64,000 bases of DNA from Candidatus Dojkabacteria bacterium. GTDB taxonomy: Bacteria; Patescibacteriota; Dojkabacteria; SC72. This document shows positions 54,764 to 63,892 of the stretch, in pieces. The first letter of the stretch is position 1. Each line of letters starts with the position of its first letter. The stretch lies in assembly GCA_040765985.1 (NCBI GenBank), contig JAXGRK010000003.1, positions 2,581 to 66,580 on the forward strand. The letters are read 5' to 3'. The translations under genes were made by a program, and so were the position numbers. The notes beneath the pieces are model-generated. The model had not been told where the DNA came from, did no database searches, and worked only from the letters and a program-made list of their open reading frames with translations.

Positions 54764-55999
54764 GTGGATATAAAGAAAGTATTAAAAAATATATTAAAAC
54801 TATTAGAATGGTTAATATTTATAATATTAATAATCATTCTCTTTTTAGTTGCATCTCCACTGCTCCCAACTAAAGAATACATATCTACACATGTAGTATC
54901 TACTGGCTCTATGGAACCAGAACTTAAAACTGGCTCAGTAGTATTCTCTACACTTAAATCTCAAGAGATAAATAAAGGAGATATCATAGTATTCACATCA
55001 CCAGAAAATGAAGAGATAACCATTGTACACAGAGTAATGGATATAGAAGGGAAAGAGTATATTACTAAAGGAGATAACAATGATAGTGAAGATGATTGGG
55101 TAGTATTTAAAGATGATATTAAAGGAGAGGTAATATATAAAGTACCATACATTGGATATGCAATAGAGTGGATGAAAACAACCACGGGATTTATAGTTAC
55201 CGTATGTATACCTGCTCTCCTCTTTATCTTTGTAATGATTAAAAAAATAAGGGATGGAATAAATGATGAGGTAAGTAAAAGAACCCAAGAAGAGGTATTT
55301 AAACATAAAGTTAAAAATGAACCCCCCATACTATCCCTAATACTCTTAATATCCTCTCTAATATTTTTTAGTAATCAACCATCTGCATACGCCCTATTCT
55401 CTTCAACTGTAAATATAACAGGTATAAATATATCTATTGGAGAGATACAACAACCTACTATGCCAAAGGTAGTGATAAACGAAGTAATGTGGAGTGGTAC
55501 ATCACAATCCTTAGATGATCAATGGATAGAGTTAAGAAATACTACTGATGAAGATATAGATATTGGTAAATGGAAGATATATAACTCTAGAGATATAGAT
55601 AAACCAGCAATAATGATTCCAGCTAATAGAGTAATACCTCCTAATGGATATTTTGTAATATCTAACTACTCAAATGAGAGTAATAACTGTATGTTAAATA
55701 TACAGATAGATATGTCTAACGCTAGTATGAATCTACTACCAATAAACAATGGTAACCTTATACTAAAGGATACAGAGGATAATGTAATAGACGAAGTATT
55801 AGGAGAAACAGTATGGCCAGATGGCATACAACTTCCAACCTATAACTCTATGCAAAGAGATATAGATGGTATTAATGGTTTAGAGCCCGATAGTTGGTAT
55901 ACATGTTTAGATGATTTATGTAAAAGTTCTGATTATTGGAAGATATCTGATAGTTTAAACTTTGGTTCTCCTGGTAATATAAACATACTTAACAATTAG
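54764..55999 (+). CDS. SipW-type (S26B) signal peptidase fused to a signal-like segment and a lamin-tail domain (LTD)
   Basis: VVSTGSMEPELKTGSVV (Ser), ITIVHRVMD (His), ITKGDNNDSEDD, and TM GFIVTVCIPALLFIFVMI. Then KHKVKNEPPILSLILLISSLIFFSNQPSAYALFSSTVNITG. Then VVINEVMWSG...DQWIELRNTTDEDIDIGKWKI...IPPNGYFVISN (LTD pattern). Confidence 0.8.
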   Translation: MDIKKVLKNILKLLEWLIFIILIIILFLVASPLLPTKEYISTHVVSTGSMEPELKTGSVVFSTLKSQEINKGDIIVFTSPENEEITIVHRVMDIEGKEYITKGDNNDSEDDWVVFKDDIKGEVIYKVPYIGYAIEWMKTTTGFIVTVCIPALLFIFVMIKKIRDGINDEVSKRTQEEVFKHKVKNEPPILSLILLISSLIFFSNQPSAYALFSSTVNITGINISIGEIQQPTMPKVVINEVMWSGTSQSLDDQWIELRNTTDEDIDIGKWKIYNSRDIDKPAIMIPANRVIPPNGYFVISNYSNESNNCMLNIQIDMSNASMNLLPINNGNLILKDTEDNVIDEVLGETVWPDGIQLPTYNSMQRDIDGINGLEPDSWYTCLDDLCKSSDYWKISDSLNFGSPGNINILNN

Positions 56000-56100
56000 T
56001 TTATATTTTGTATACAGTTGACTTCTTACATACTTATTTTAAACTTATAGCATATCAACTGCCCGAGTTAAATTTTTATATATATTTTTATATTATTTTA

Positions 56101-56113
56101 ATATTTAAATTAT
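56101..56113 (+). promoter_or_regulatory. conserved 13-mer ATATTTAAATTAT, copy 2 (14 nt before the ATG at 56128)
   Basis: Exact repeat of 54088-54100. Confidence 0.35.
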
Positions 56114-56127
56114 TATATTTATATTTA

Positions 56128-57546
56128 ATGAAAAGATTATTTATATTTCTATTAGGATTATCTCTAGTAGGAGTATTAGGAATAGGAAAGGCGTTTGCAA
56201 CAGAAGGTGGAATACCACTTATTGCAGGACAAAATACTGTAGTAGGAGAGGTTACAATAGATGGTAATGATGTTACATATACTATTACTGAAGATGGATG
56301 GTGCATCATGGAAACACACTTGGCCATAGGAAAAACTCTCACAGATATACCAAAGACAAAAACAGGAAATCCTATACCTGGGCACTTTGAGTATAGTGAC
56401 ACGCATGATTGTTTAGATACCGTTCCTTATACTGATGTTCTAATGCTTGGTGACAATGTAATTGCTGCCCATGCTGTAGTGGAAAAGAGGATGTGCGAGC
56501 CTATGAAAGTAGCTCCATATGGTGCCGATATTATTTCTGATTATTGGCAGGGAAGAAGATATGATGGAACTGAGGTTAAATCTATAAGGTCAAATCCTTT
56601 AACAGTTTTATCATATGAGATAGGCCATAACGAGGCATACTTTTTTAGTTTAGGATTTGAATTCCAACCAACAGAAGGAGCACTTATCCCAAATGGAGGA
56701 ATTATCGTCGAGTTTGAAACGCCTATTCTCAATGGAGTCGGAGATGACTTGCAAATCGTTGAAGATACATGGGGGCTACCGTATCCTGATGAGACTGCAA
56801 ATGTCTATGTCAGTAACGATGCGACAAACTGGACCTATTTAGGTGAGGCAGATAATCAGACACCCTCATCCTTATACCACACCGTAAGTAATTTTGATCT
56901 TGGAAGTTTAACTTCTGCAAGGTATGTAAAGGTTGAGAATACTTCTGTAAAAGAAAATTTTTCCGCTTTATACCCTGCCCAGAAAGATACACTTGATGGA
57001 TATGATCTTAACGCGATATTAGCATTACATGATAATCAAAACTGTATAATAGATTCAGAAACAGCTTGGGCAGATGGAACAAGATTTGTACCAAAAGGAA
57101 ATTGGGCAACATTTTTTAATTATCCTTTGGAACAAGACTACGAACTATTAGAAACAGTTTTTGTACCTGCAACTAGTAATGTCGGGATAGACTCTGTTAA
57201 TATTCTTGTGGATGGAAAACAATATATATTAAAAGCAAGTGGTTTTTACAAATTTGCTAACTGGACAGGATAAGGATATGCAGATGCAGAATACTCCCAT
57301 CGTGCCCCAGCATATCGTGGTTTAAACTACGAATGTGATTTAAATGGTTGGTGCAATAACAAAGTAACAGCATCATTGGATGTTCAAGTCGATGGTCCTC
57401 AAAATTGGGGGGACTATAATAGCAGTCATCTGTATGAATTATCTTTCGAAGGAGATGGCTCAACAGCACATTTCTATATTTATGATGATCAATATGTTGA
57501 TAATGTAGGTGGAATAACTGTTGAAATATGGGAACCAATGTATTAA
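56128..57546 (+). pseudogene. secreted beta-rich protein interrupted by an in-frame TAA (57271-57273)
   Basis: The likely start is MKRLFIFLLGLSLVGVLGIGKAFATEGG at 56128 (the listed ORF begins at 56008 in AT-rich spacer). Carries IAGQNTVVGEVTIDGNDVTYTITEDGWCIMETHLAIG...GNPIPGHFEY. After the TAA the same frame stays open for 90 more codons (GYADAEYS...FYIYDDQYVDNVGGITVEIWEPMY) to the TAA at 57544-57546. Confidence 0.55.
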
Positions 57547-57573
57547 ATAATATTTAACCTACTTTAGAATCTA

Positions 57574-57597
57574 AAAGGGAGCCCTACACTCCTTTTT
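57574..57597 (+). terminator. rho-independent terminator after the 56128 gene
   Basis: AAAAGGGAG CCCTACA CTCCTTTTT, 28 nt after the stop at 57546. Confidence 0.45.
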
Positions 57598-57670
57598 CTT
57601 TAAACAAATGTTTTAATAAATAAATAAATATATTTAAACATATTTAATAATATATTCCTAAAATATATAC

Positions 57671-57683
57671 ATATTTAAATTAT
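57671..57683 (+). promoter_or_regulatory. conserved 13-mer ATATTTAAATTAT, copy 3 (6 nt before the ATG at 57690)
   Basis: Exact repeat of 54088-54100. Confidence 0.35.
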
Positions 57684-57689
57684 AAAAAT

Positions 57690-58219
57690 ATGTATATAAA
57701 TGAAAAGCACATAATAGGAATATTAGGAATAATAATACTAATAAGTATATTCCCAATATTTAATATTAATGCAGAAGGACTAAGTAAACCCTCAGGAACA
57801 TCCCCAAAGCCACACTCTATCTATATGGAAGTAACAATGAATTTGGAAAGATGATATACAACAGATCAGGACAGTATCTAGAATATGTATTCAATGCACA
57901 CAACCTATTACCAAATACTAAGTATAACCTAATATATTACCCTCAAAAACCAATAGGACTAATATGTATAGGAGAAGGAGTAACTAATAGTGGAGGACAG
58001 TTAAACATTACAGAAAAGGAAATACATATAACCTCCATACCATTTAATAGTGATATCAATGGAGATACACAAACTACCACATACCAAGATGGTACAACAG
58101 GAGGAAAGATATGGTTAGTATTATCTGAACAAGTAAATTGTAGCACTATGAAATTTACTACTAACATACTAACAAATGTCTTATACGAAGATACTCTAAT
58201 ATACTTCTGGAAATGGTAA
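57690..58219 (+). pseudogene. secreted beta-rich protein, one frame break
   Basis: MYINEKHIIGILGIIILISIFPIFNINAEG (signal), then a frame change near 57800-57850 into ORF 57851..58219 (KYNLIYYPQKP...GGKIWLVLSEQ). Confidence 0.45.
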
Positions 58220-58223
58220 ACAG

Positions 58224-58247
58224 AAAGGGAGGGAAACCTCCCTTTTT
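58224..58247 (+). terminator. rho-independent terminator
   Basis: AAAGGGAGG GAAA CCTCCCTTTTT. GC-rich stem, GAAA tetraloop and T5 tract, 5 nt after the stop at 58219. Confidence 0.6.
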
Positions 58248-58319
58248 ATTACCCCATACATTTCATATTAGTATAAATAATATCTTTAAAATATCTTACA
58301 GTAGAGGTATAATCCATAT

Positions 58320-58868
58320 ATGGAAAAACTAAACATACACGAAATACATAAAGATATATCTCTTTTTGAGAATATACCCCTAGTATTACATGATATGAAA
58401 ACAGTACACCAGTTATGTACACAGCAATATTACAAACACTCTAAAGGATGCCCAAATTTCAATATTAAACAAGGATGCCCACCACATATATTACACATAT
58501 CACAACAGTATAATCTAGAATATATAAATATGCTCTTACTTAAATTCCCCTTCTCCTACTACATCTCTCTTAAACAACAGGAACATCCTGATTGGTCACT
58601 AAGAGCCCTCTGCAATCAAAGACATTGGCAAAACCATCTTAAAGGAACTCTAAATGAGCATTGGAGTAATATTAAAGAACAGTATCCAGAATACAAAGTG
58701 ATTAGAAATCCCGAAGGACAGGGTGTAAATATACAACAAACATTAGAAAATCTAAATATACAATTACAATGGCCTAAAACAGATGAATATGATGAAATCT
58801 ATGAAATACCAGAATATATGTATCATGTATACCTAATGGGAAAAGAATTAGAAAACACACCTACTTAG
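58320..58868 (+). CDS. hypothetical Cys-motif protein (possibly DUF2284-like metal-binding)
   Basis: Intact 182 aa. HSKGCPNFNIKQGCPP resembles the CPxYG...CPP motif of DUF2284. TATAAT lies 8 nt before the ATG. Confidence 0.3.
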   Translation: MEKLNIHEIHKDISLFENIPLVLHDMKTVHQLCTQQYYKHSKGCPNFNIKQGCPPHILHISQQYNLEYINMLLLKFPFSYYISLKQQEHPDWSLRALCNQRHWQNHLKGTLNEHWSNIKEQYPEYKVIRNPEGQGVNIQQTLENLNIQLQWPKTDEYDEIYEIPEYMYHVYLMGKELENTPT

Positions 58869-59497
58869 ATTCCTCTCTCTTAAACTCTAAATACGAATAT
58901 ACAAACAGTATTACTGTTGAAAGTATCACAGAACCAATTACAAAAAGAAATGAGTATTTAGGAACTAAAACAGATACAATTGATAATATACCACTAGCTA
59001 AAAACAACTTAGCACCCAGTGCATGTGTCTTGTCCCATACGCTCTCACTATGCAGTGTCCAAGGAGTTCTAATACCAATGGTATAGTTTTGTTTAGCATC
59101 TTTAAGTAGTATAGAAACCACTATAAACAACCCCCCCATTAGAATAGGCATAACAACAGCAATAGAAATAATAATACCAATAGCTCCATAAATATACCTC
59201 TAATTGTAAAAGTACCATAAATATCAACATAGAGGACACAAACAAATTAAACTTATCCTCAAAAACTAAAATACTCTTCCACTTAGGATCAATCTTAGGA
59301 ATATATTTAAACAAAAGAAAAAGAAATACATTTATCAATGGAAAAAACAAAACATTAAACAATCTAGAAGTATAACCATCTACTACACCCTGTGCATTCC
59401 AATGAGAAGCCATACTATCAGGAAGATATCTAAAAAAGAATATAGATACAAGAATAGATAGGAATATTGTTAATATAGGTATTAAGTGTTTTTTCAT
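58861..59497 (-). pseudogene. SdpI/YhfL-family membrane protein (DUF1648 + SdpI), one frame break
   Basis: MKKHLIPILTIFL...LPDSMASHWNAQGVVDGY (DUF1648) in 59102..59554. NYTIGIRTPWTLHSESVWDKTH (SdpI motif) in 58861..59151. Confidence 0.6.
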
Positions 59498-59560
59498 ACC
59501 CCCATTATCCCATATACTAAACACATTTGCATTAAGTTCTAAATATACATACAATAAAAT

Positions 59561-59890
59561 ATGTTAGAAAAAATATTTATGCTTCTCTCTAAAACCCCAC
59601 TCATATCGAGTATCTTTAATCTTGTATATACCCCAATTGAAAAACAGTTAAACATACTTAAAGATACACTCTCTGAAAAAACATACGGAAGTATTGAAAG
59701 TATGTTAGATAAAATATCTACAATAAGTGTAATACTACTAATAATATATATCATCTACTCTGTACTCTTCTTTCTCTACTCTTTTGTTTTTAAGAAACGA
59801 ATAAAGATAAAAATATTAATATCCGTATCCTTTGCACTACTTTTTCTCCTTCTTTTCTACTCCATTTATGCATATATAAATACACTTTAA
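59561..59890 (+). CDS. hypothetical membrane protein
   Basis: 109-aa ORF with two C-terminal TM segments. No motif recognised. Confidence 0.35.
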   Translation: MLEKIFMLLSKTPLISSIFNLVYTPIEKQLNILKDTLSEKTYGSIESMLDKISTISVILLIIYIIYSVLFFLYSFVFKKRIKIKILISVSFALLFLLLFYSIYAYINTL

Positions 59891-59943
59891 ATATATCTAC
59901 AAATAGGTAAAACACTCTTTTTGTGATAGAATATCCATTTGTT

Positions 59944-61827
59944 ATGGAATATATTCCTGTAAATAAAGAAAACATAAGAAATATTGCAATCATTGCCCAT
60001 GTAGACCATGGGAAAACAACGCTAGTTGATTGCTTTATGAAACAAACACACCTCTTTAGAGAAAATGAGGAAGAGATGTCACAAACACAAATATTAGACA
60101 GTGGGGATCTAGAAAAAGAGAAAGGAATTACCATTAAGGCAAAGAATATATCTGTAAGATACAAAGGATACAAGATAAATATCATAGATACACCAGGACA
60201 CTCTGATTTTGGAGGAGAGGTAGAAAGAACCTTAAACATGGCAGACTCATGCTTACTACTAGTTGACGCTCAAGAAGGGGTAATGCCTCAAACTAAGTTT
60301 GTACTTAAAAAAGCTCTTGAAATGAATCTAAAACCAATAGTATTGGTAAATAAGATAGATAAGAAATTAGCGAATGTAAATAGAACCATAGAGAAAGTAC
60401 AAGACCTTTTCTTAACACTAGCTACTAATACAGATCAATTAGACTTCCCTACATACTACGCAGTAGCCCGTGAAGGAAAAATATGGAAAGAACTACCCAC
60501 AGGAGATTTGAGTCAAACCCCAGGAGATCTCTCTCCACTTTTAGATGAAATCATCGAATACGCTCCCGCACCTAAAGGTAATGAAAACGAACCATTTCAA
60601 ATGCAAATAACATCATTAGAATATGACTCCCACCTTGGAAGATATTTAATAGGAAAGATAAATAGAGGAACAGTTAAAAAGAATGACCCTGTAATACTTC
60701 TAGATAAAGAAAATAAAATACAGGGAAGAGTAAGAGAGCTGTTTGTTAAAGAAGGTTTACAATGGGTTAGTGTTGAAAGTGCACAATCAGGAGAGATAGT
60801 TGCAATAGCAGGGATAGATTCTACTGCCATTGGAGCAACACTATGCGCCCTAGGTACTCCAGAGCAGCTTGAGAACATACATATTACACCACCAGCAGTA
60901 AGAGTAAAATTTGAAGCAAATACATCCCCACTATCTGGGAAAGAGGGTAAATATGTCACTGCTAAACAATTAGAACAAAGATTAGAACAAGAGAAAGATT
61001 TAAATATAGGTTTACAAATATCTAAAATATCTGGATCTTCCTACTCTGTTGCAGGAAGAGGAGAATTACAACTTGCAATACTAGTTGAACAGTTAAGAAG
61101 AGAAGGATACGAATTTCAATTAAGTAAACCAGAGGTGGTACTAATTGAAAAAGAAGGTAAAATGTTTGAACCGATAGAAGAGCTAGTAATAGATTGCCCT
61201 ACAGAATATCTAAGCACTGTGACAGAAGAGGTAAGTAACAGAAAAGGAGAGTTGATAAATATTGATTCAGAGGGCTTACAAACAAGATTTACATACAAAA
61301 TACTTACTAGAAACCTAATTGGACTACATAGAGTACTAATGAATGCAACCAAAGGTACTGCAGTAACTAACAGCTTTGTTACAGAATATGTACTCTACGA
61401 ACTCCACCCCCCACTCTTTAGAAAAGGTGTAATAATTTCACAAGATACAGGTACAACACTTGGATTCTCTCTAACCACTATACAAGATAGAGGACAACTT
61501 TTTGTAGGACCATCTGAACAGGTATACCAGGGTATGATCATTGGAATAAACAACCATGAACAAGACTTAGTCGTTAATCCTTGTAAAGCAAGGCATAAAA
61601 CTAACGTAAGAATGTTAAGAAGTGAATTAACATTAGTTAACCTTAAATCAACAATACCACTCACTATCGAATACGCCCTTTCATTTATCAACGAAGATGA
61701 GTTGATAGAGATTACACCTAAAAATATTAGATTAAGAAAAAAGCTTCTTACAGATACAGAAAGAGTATGGTCAAAGAGAAAGAATCTAACCGCTTTTGCT
61801 AAACAGCAGATGGGAATCGATGATTAG
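59944..61827 (+). CDS. typA: translational GTPase TypA/BipA
   Basis: IRNIAIIAHVDHGKTTLVD, DTPGHSDFGGEV and NKIDK, with EF-G-like domains and a BipA C-terminal domain. The ATG at 59944 is preferred over the GTG at 59923. Confidence 0.9.
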   Translation: MEYIPVNKENIRNIAIIAHVDHGKTTLVDCFMKQTHLFRENEEEMSQTQILDSGDLEKEKGITIKAKNISVRYKGYKINIIDTPGHSDFGGEVERTLNMADSCLLLVDAQEGVMPQTKFVLKKALEMNLKPIVLVNKIDKKLANVNRTIEKVQDLFLTLATNTDQLDFPTYYAVAREGKIWKELPTGDLSQTPGDLSPLLDEIIEYAPAPKGNENEPFQMQITSLEYDSHLGRYLIGKINRGTVKKNDPVILLDKENKIQGRVRELFVKEGLQWVSVESAQSGEIVAIAGIDSTAIGATLCALGTPEQLENIHITPPAVRVKFEANTSPLSGKEGKYVTAKQLEQRLEQEKDLNIGLQISKISGSSYSVAGRGELQLAILVEQLRREGYEFQLSKPEVVLIEKEGKMFEPIEELVIDCPTEYLSTVTEEVSNRKGELINIDSEGLQTRFTYKILTRNLIGLHRVLMNATKGTAVTNSFVTEYVLYELHPPLFRKGVIISQDTGTTLGFSLTTIQDRGQLFVGPSEQVYQGMIIGINNHEQDLVVNPCKARHKTNVRMLRSELTLVNLKSTIPLTIEYALSFINEDELIEITPKNIRLRKKLLTDTERVWSKRKNLTAFAKQQMGIDD

Positions 61828-62497
61828 GTTTTATTAGATTTCTTTTTAAGAGATTAAGAGTATTTTTATAATTATTGTAGTATTGAATACCACCCATTGG
61901 AAAATTCAAATCTTTATTCCTTCCCCTGTTCCTATCTTGTACCTCTATATCATTTTCTAATTTAGAAAGTATCTTTTCATTTATATTGATTATCTCTCCT
62001 AGAAACACATCTCCGTTAAATATCCCATACTTAAGAAATTTTTCAAAATATGACATCCTATATTTTCTATCAATCCAATCTACAAAAAGAACTGGAAAAT
62101 TTCCTTCAGAAATACGTCTTATCATATTCACTTCGCTCATATTTGTAGTAATACCAAATACTCTAGCTTCTTTTCCATCTTGAATCCTAAAATCTATACC
62201 AAAGATATCATCATTACCAGTTGAGGGTTCGCAATCTATTCCTACTTCTTTACATGCATTGTAAAAAAAGAATTCCGAAACAAGACCTTGAGATATACAA
62301 TGAATATCTTCTTGATAATTTAATACAGCATCAATATCTATTAAATGGCCAATGTAGTAATTTTTAAACCACTCTTTATCTACAGTATCAATTTTTCTCT
62401 CAACAAAATTTATTAATTCAGTTGAAACATTTTTTAAATTACCTTCTAAAAAAAGATCTGGATTTAGTTCATAACCACCATTTATATACTGCTCCAA
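61799..62497 (-). CDS. hypothetical protein
   Basis: Intact 232-aa ORF with no motif recognised with confidence. The 3' end overlaps typA convergently by 29 nt. Confidence 0.45.
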   Translation of the reverse strand: MEQYINGGYELNPDLFLEGNLKNVSTELINFVERKIDTVDKEWFKNYYIGHLIDIDAVLNYQEDIHCISQGLVSEFFFYNACKEVGIDCEPSTGNDDIFGIDFRIQDGKEARVFGITTNMSEVNMIRRISEGNFPVLFVDWIDRKYRMSYFEKFLKYGIFNGDVFLGEIININEKILSKLENDIEVQDRNRGRNKDLNFPMGGIQYYNNYKNTLNLLKRNLIKPNHRFPSAV

Positions 62498-62607
62498 TAT
62501 AATCTCATTTATATCTTAACTTCTCCATTATATTAAAAATAATATATTTAACATAGTACTTAACATATATGATATATTAAAAATGTATAACTTTAAGAAA
62601 TATAAAT

Positions 62608-62991
62608 ATGGCTAAAAAAGCAAAAATATATAAATGTTCAATATGTGGAAATATAGTTGAAGTATTACACGAAGGTATTGGAACATTAGTTTGCTGTGGT
62701 AAAGATATGGATGAATTAGTTGAAAGAGCTTCGGATGAAGGACAAGAGAAACATGTCCCCGTAATATCAATAGATGAAAATATAGCGAAAGTAAGTGTAG
62801 GAGATATTCCTCATCCTATGGAAGATTCACATCATATTGAATTTATTCAGTTAATGGTTGATGATACTGTACAAACAAAATACCTAAAACCAAATGATAC
62901 TCCACAGGCAGAATTTAGTTTACCAGAAGAATATAATACGATATCAGCAAGAGAGTACTGTAATCTACATGGAGTATGGGTATCTAAATAG
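62608..62991 (+). CDS. dfx: desulfoferrodoxin (2Fe superoxide reductase)
   Basis: Desulforedoxin N-domain YKCSICGNIVEVLHEG...VCCG, then EKHVPVI, HPMEDSHHIEFI and CNLHGVW (SOR centre II ligands). Confidence 0.85.
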   Translation: MAKKAKIYKCSICGNIVEVLHEGIGTLVCCGKDMDELVERASDEGQEKHVPVISIDENIAKVSVGDIPHPMEDSHHIEFIQLMVDDTVQTKYLKPNDTPQAEFSLPEEYNTISAREYCNLHGVWVSK

Positions 62992-62996
62992 TTAGA

Positions 62997-63854
62997 TTAT
63001 CCAAATATTTTTAAAGCAAAATATCCAATAGCACCAAGCAAGGCAAGTATAATTACTACCAAAACTATAACTACAGCAGTACCACCTTTACCACTCTTTG
63101 GTGCTTCTTGATTCTCTCCTAAGGTACTAATAACTTCTTCACCCTTCTGCTCTACTACAGGAACAACTGGAGTATCAGGAACAAAAGATGACATTGGTTC
63201 ACTCAGATTTTGATCAGGAATAGGAGTATCTACAGAAACCGGAGTCTCCATTGGAGATGCGGATTCAAATGAAGGAGGTGTAGGAAAGGCAGGTGCACTC
63301 TCTAAGGGAGATGTTTGAGGTAGAGAATCCATAGTGGGTGGAGTTGATTCCATCACAGGTGGAGTTGATTCCATCACAGGTGGAGTTGATTCCACTACAG
63401 GTGGTGTTGGTTCAAAGGAAGGAACACTCTGTTGTGTTGCTGGTGTAGATTCTAAAGTATTCATTGGTTGTGAATTTGAGAAATCTGGAATACTCATATC
63501 AGGAGAAGGTACTGTACTCTCTACAACTGGAGATGTAGTTTGTCCAAGTGGAGTACCCATTGCATCTACAGATGGGACACTTTGTGGTGTTGAATCTATA
63601 CTAGGGGTACTTCCCATTGTATTCATATCACCCAAAGAAGGAAACTCCTCAACAGGAGCTGAACTTACAGGAGCAGATGGCATACTCGTTAAATTTGATA
63701 CCATATCATCTACCTGAGGAGGTATTGGTGGTTGGATTGAATTGTAATCATTACTTTGAACAGGCATATTACCACTGTTCATATCATTATTATTTTGTAT
63801 TGGATTACTATTTTGATTATCACCCAATACGTTATTATTGTTAATATTGTCCAC
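62997..63854 (-). CDS. Pro/Ser/Thr-rich low-complexity protein with C-terminal TM anchor
   Basis: GTG start, 285 aa, with the repeats VESTPPVMESTPPVMESTPPTMDS and the C-terminal TM AVVIVLVVIILALLGAIGYFAL. Confidence 0.55.
   Translation of the reverse strand: MDNINNNNVLGDNQNSNPIQNNNDMNSGNMPVQSNDYNSIQPPIPPQVDDMVSNLTSMPSAPVSSAPVEEFPSLGDMNTMGSTPSIDSTPQSVPSVDAMGTPLGQTTSPVVESTVPSPDMSIPDFSNSQPMNTLESTPATQQSVPSFEPTPPVVESTPPVMESTPPVMESTPPTMDSLPQTSPLESAPAFPTPPSFESASPMETPVSVDTPIPDQNLSEPMSSFVPDTPVVPVVEQKGEEVISTLGENQEAPKSGKGGTAVVIVLVVIILALLGAIGYFALKIFG
63337..63420. repeat. 21-bp tandem repeat, 3 near-perfect copies plus 1 degenerate copy, inside the Pro-rich gene
   Basis: GGTGGAGTTGATTCCATCACA x2, GGTGGAGTTGATTCCACTACA, GGTGGTGTTGGTTCAAAGGAA. 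In frame (7 codons per unit). Confidence 0.7.
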
Positions 63855-63892
63855 GTTTATAAAAGAAAAAAATTATTTCCTTATTCAATATA

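Noticed and set aside
56008-56127. N-terminal 40 codons of listed ORF 56008..57273
   Set aside because: This stretch is low-complexity AT-rich spacer (MYTVDFLHTYFKLIAYQLPELNFYIYFYIILIF...). It contains the conserved 13-mer. A proper signal peptide starts at the ATG at 56128.
57257-57538. Minus-strand ORF 57257..57538 (93 aa)
   Set aside because: It is the antisense shadow of the plus-strand continuation of the 56128 gene, which has a far more protein-like sequence and ends before a terminator.
61799-62497. Possible PD-(D/E)XK-like motif (DDIFGIDFRIQDGK) in the 232-aa hypothetical protein
   Set aside because: The motif resemblance is too loose to call without a profile or structure search.
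63334-63844. Plus-strand ORFs 63334..63717 and 63617..63844. Similar antisense ORFs elsewhere include 2771..2965, 8619..8873, 12962..13222, 13289..13564, 18572..18889, 19050..19511, 27882..28202, 29463..29704, 33798..34367, 51313..51739 and 60597..61691.
   Set aside because: All lie antisense to or out of frame with well-supported genes, and they have low-complexity or Ser/Leu/Ile-rich shadow composition.
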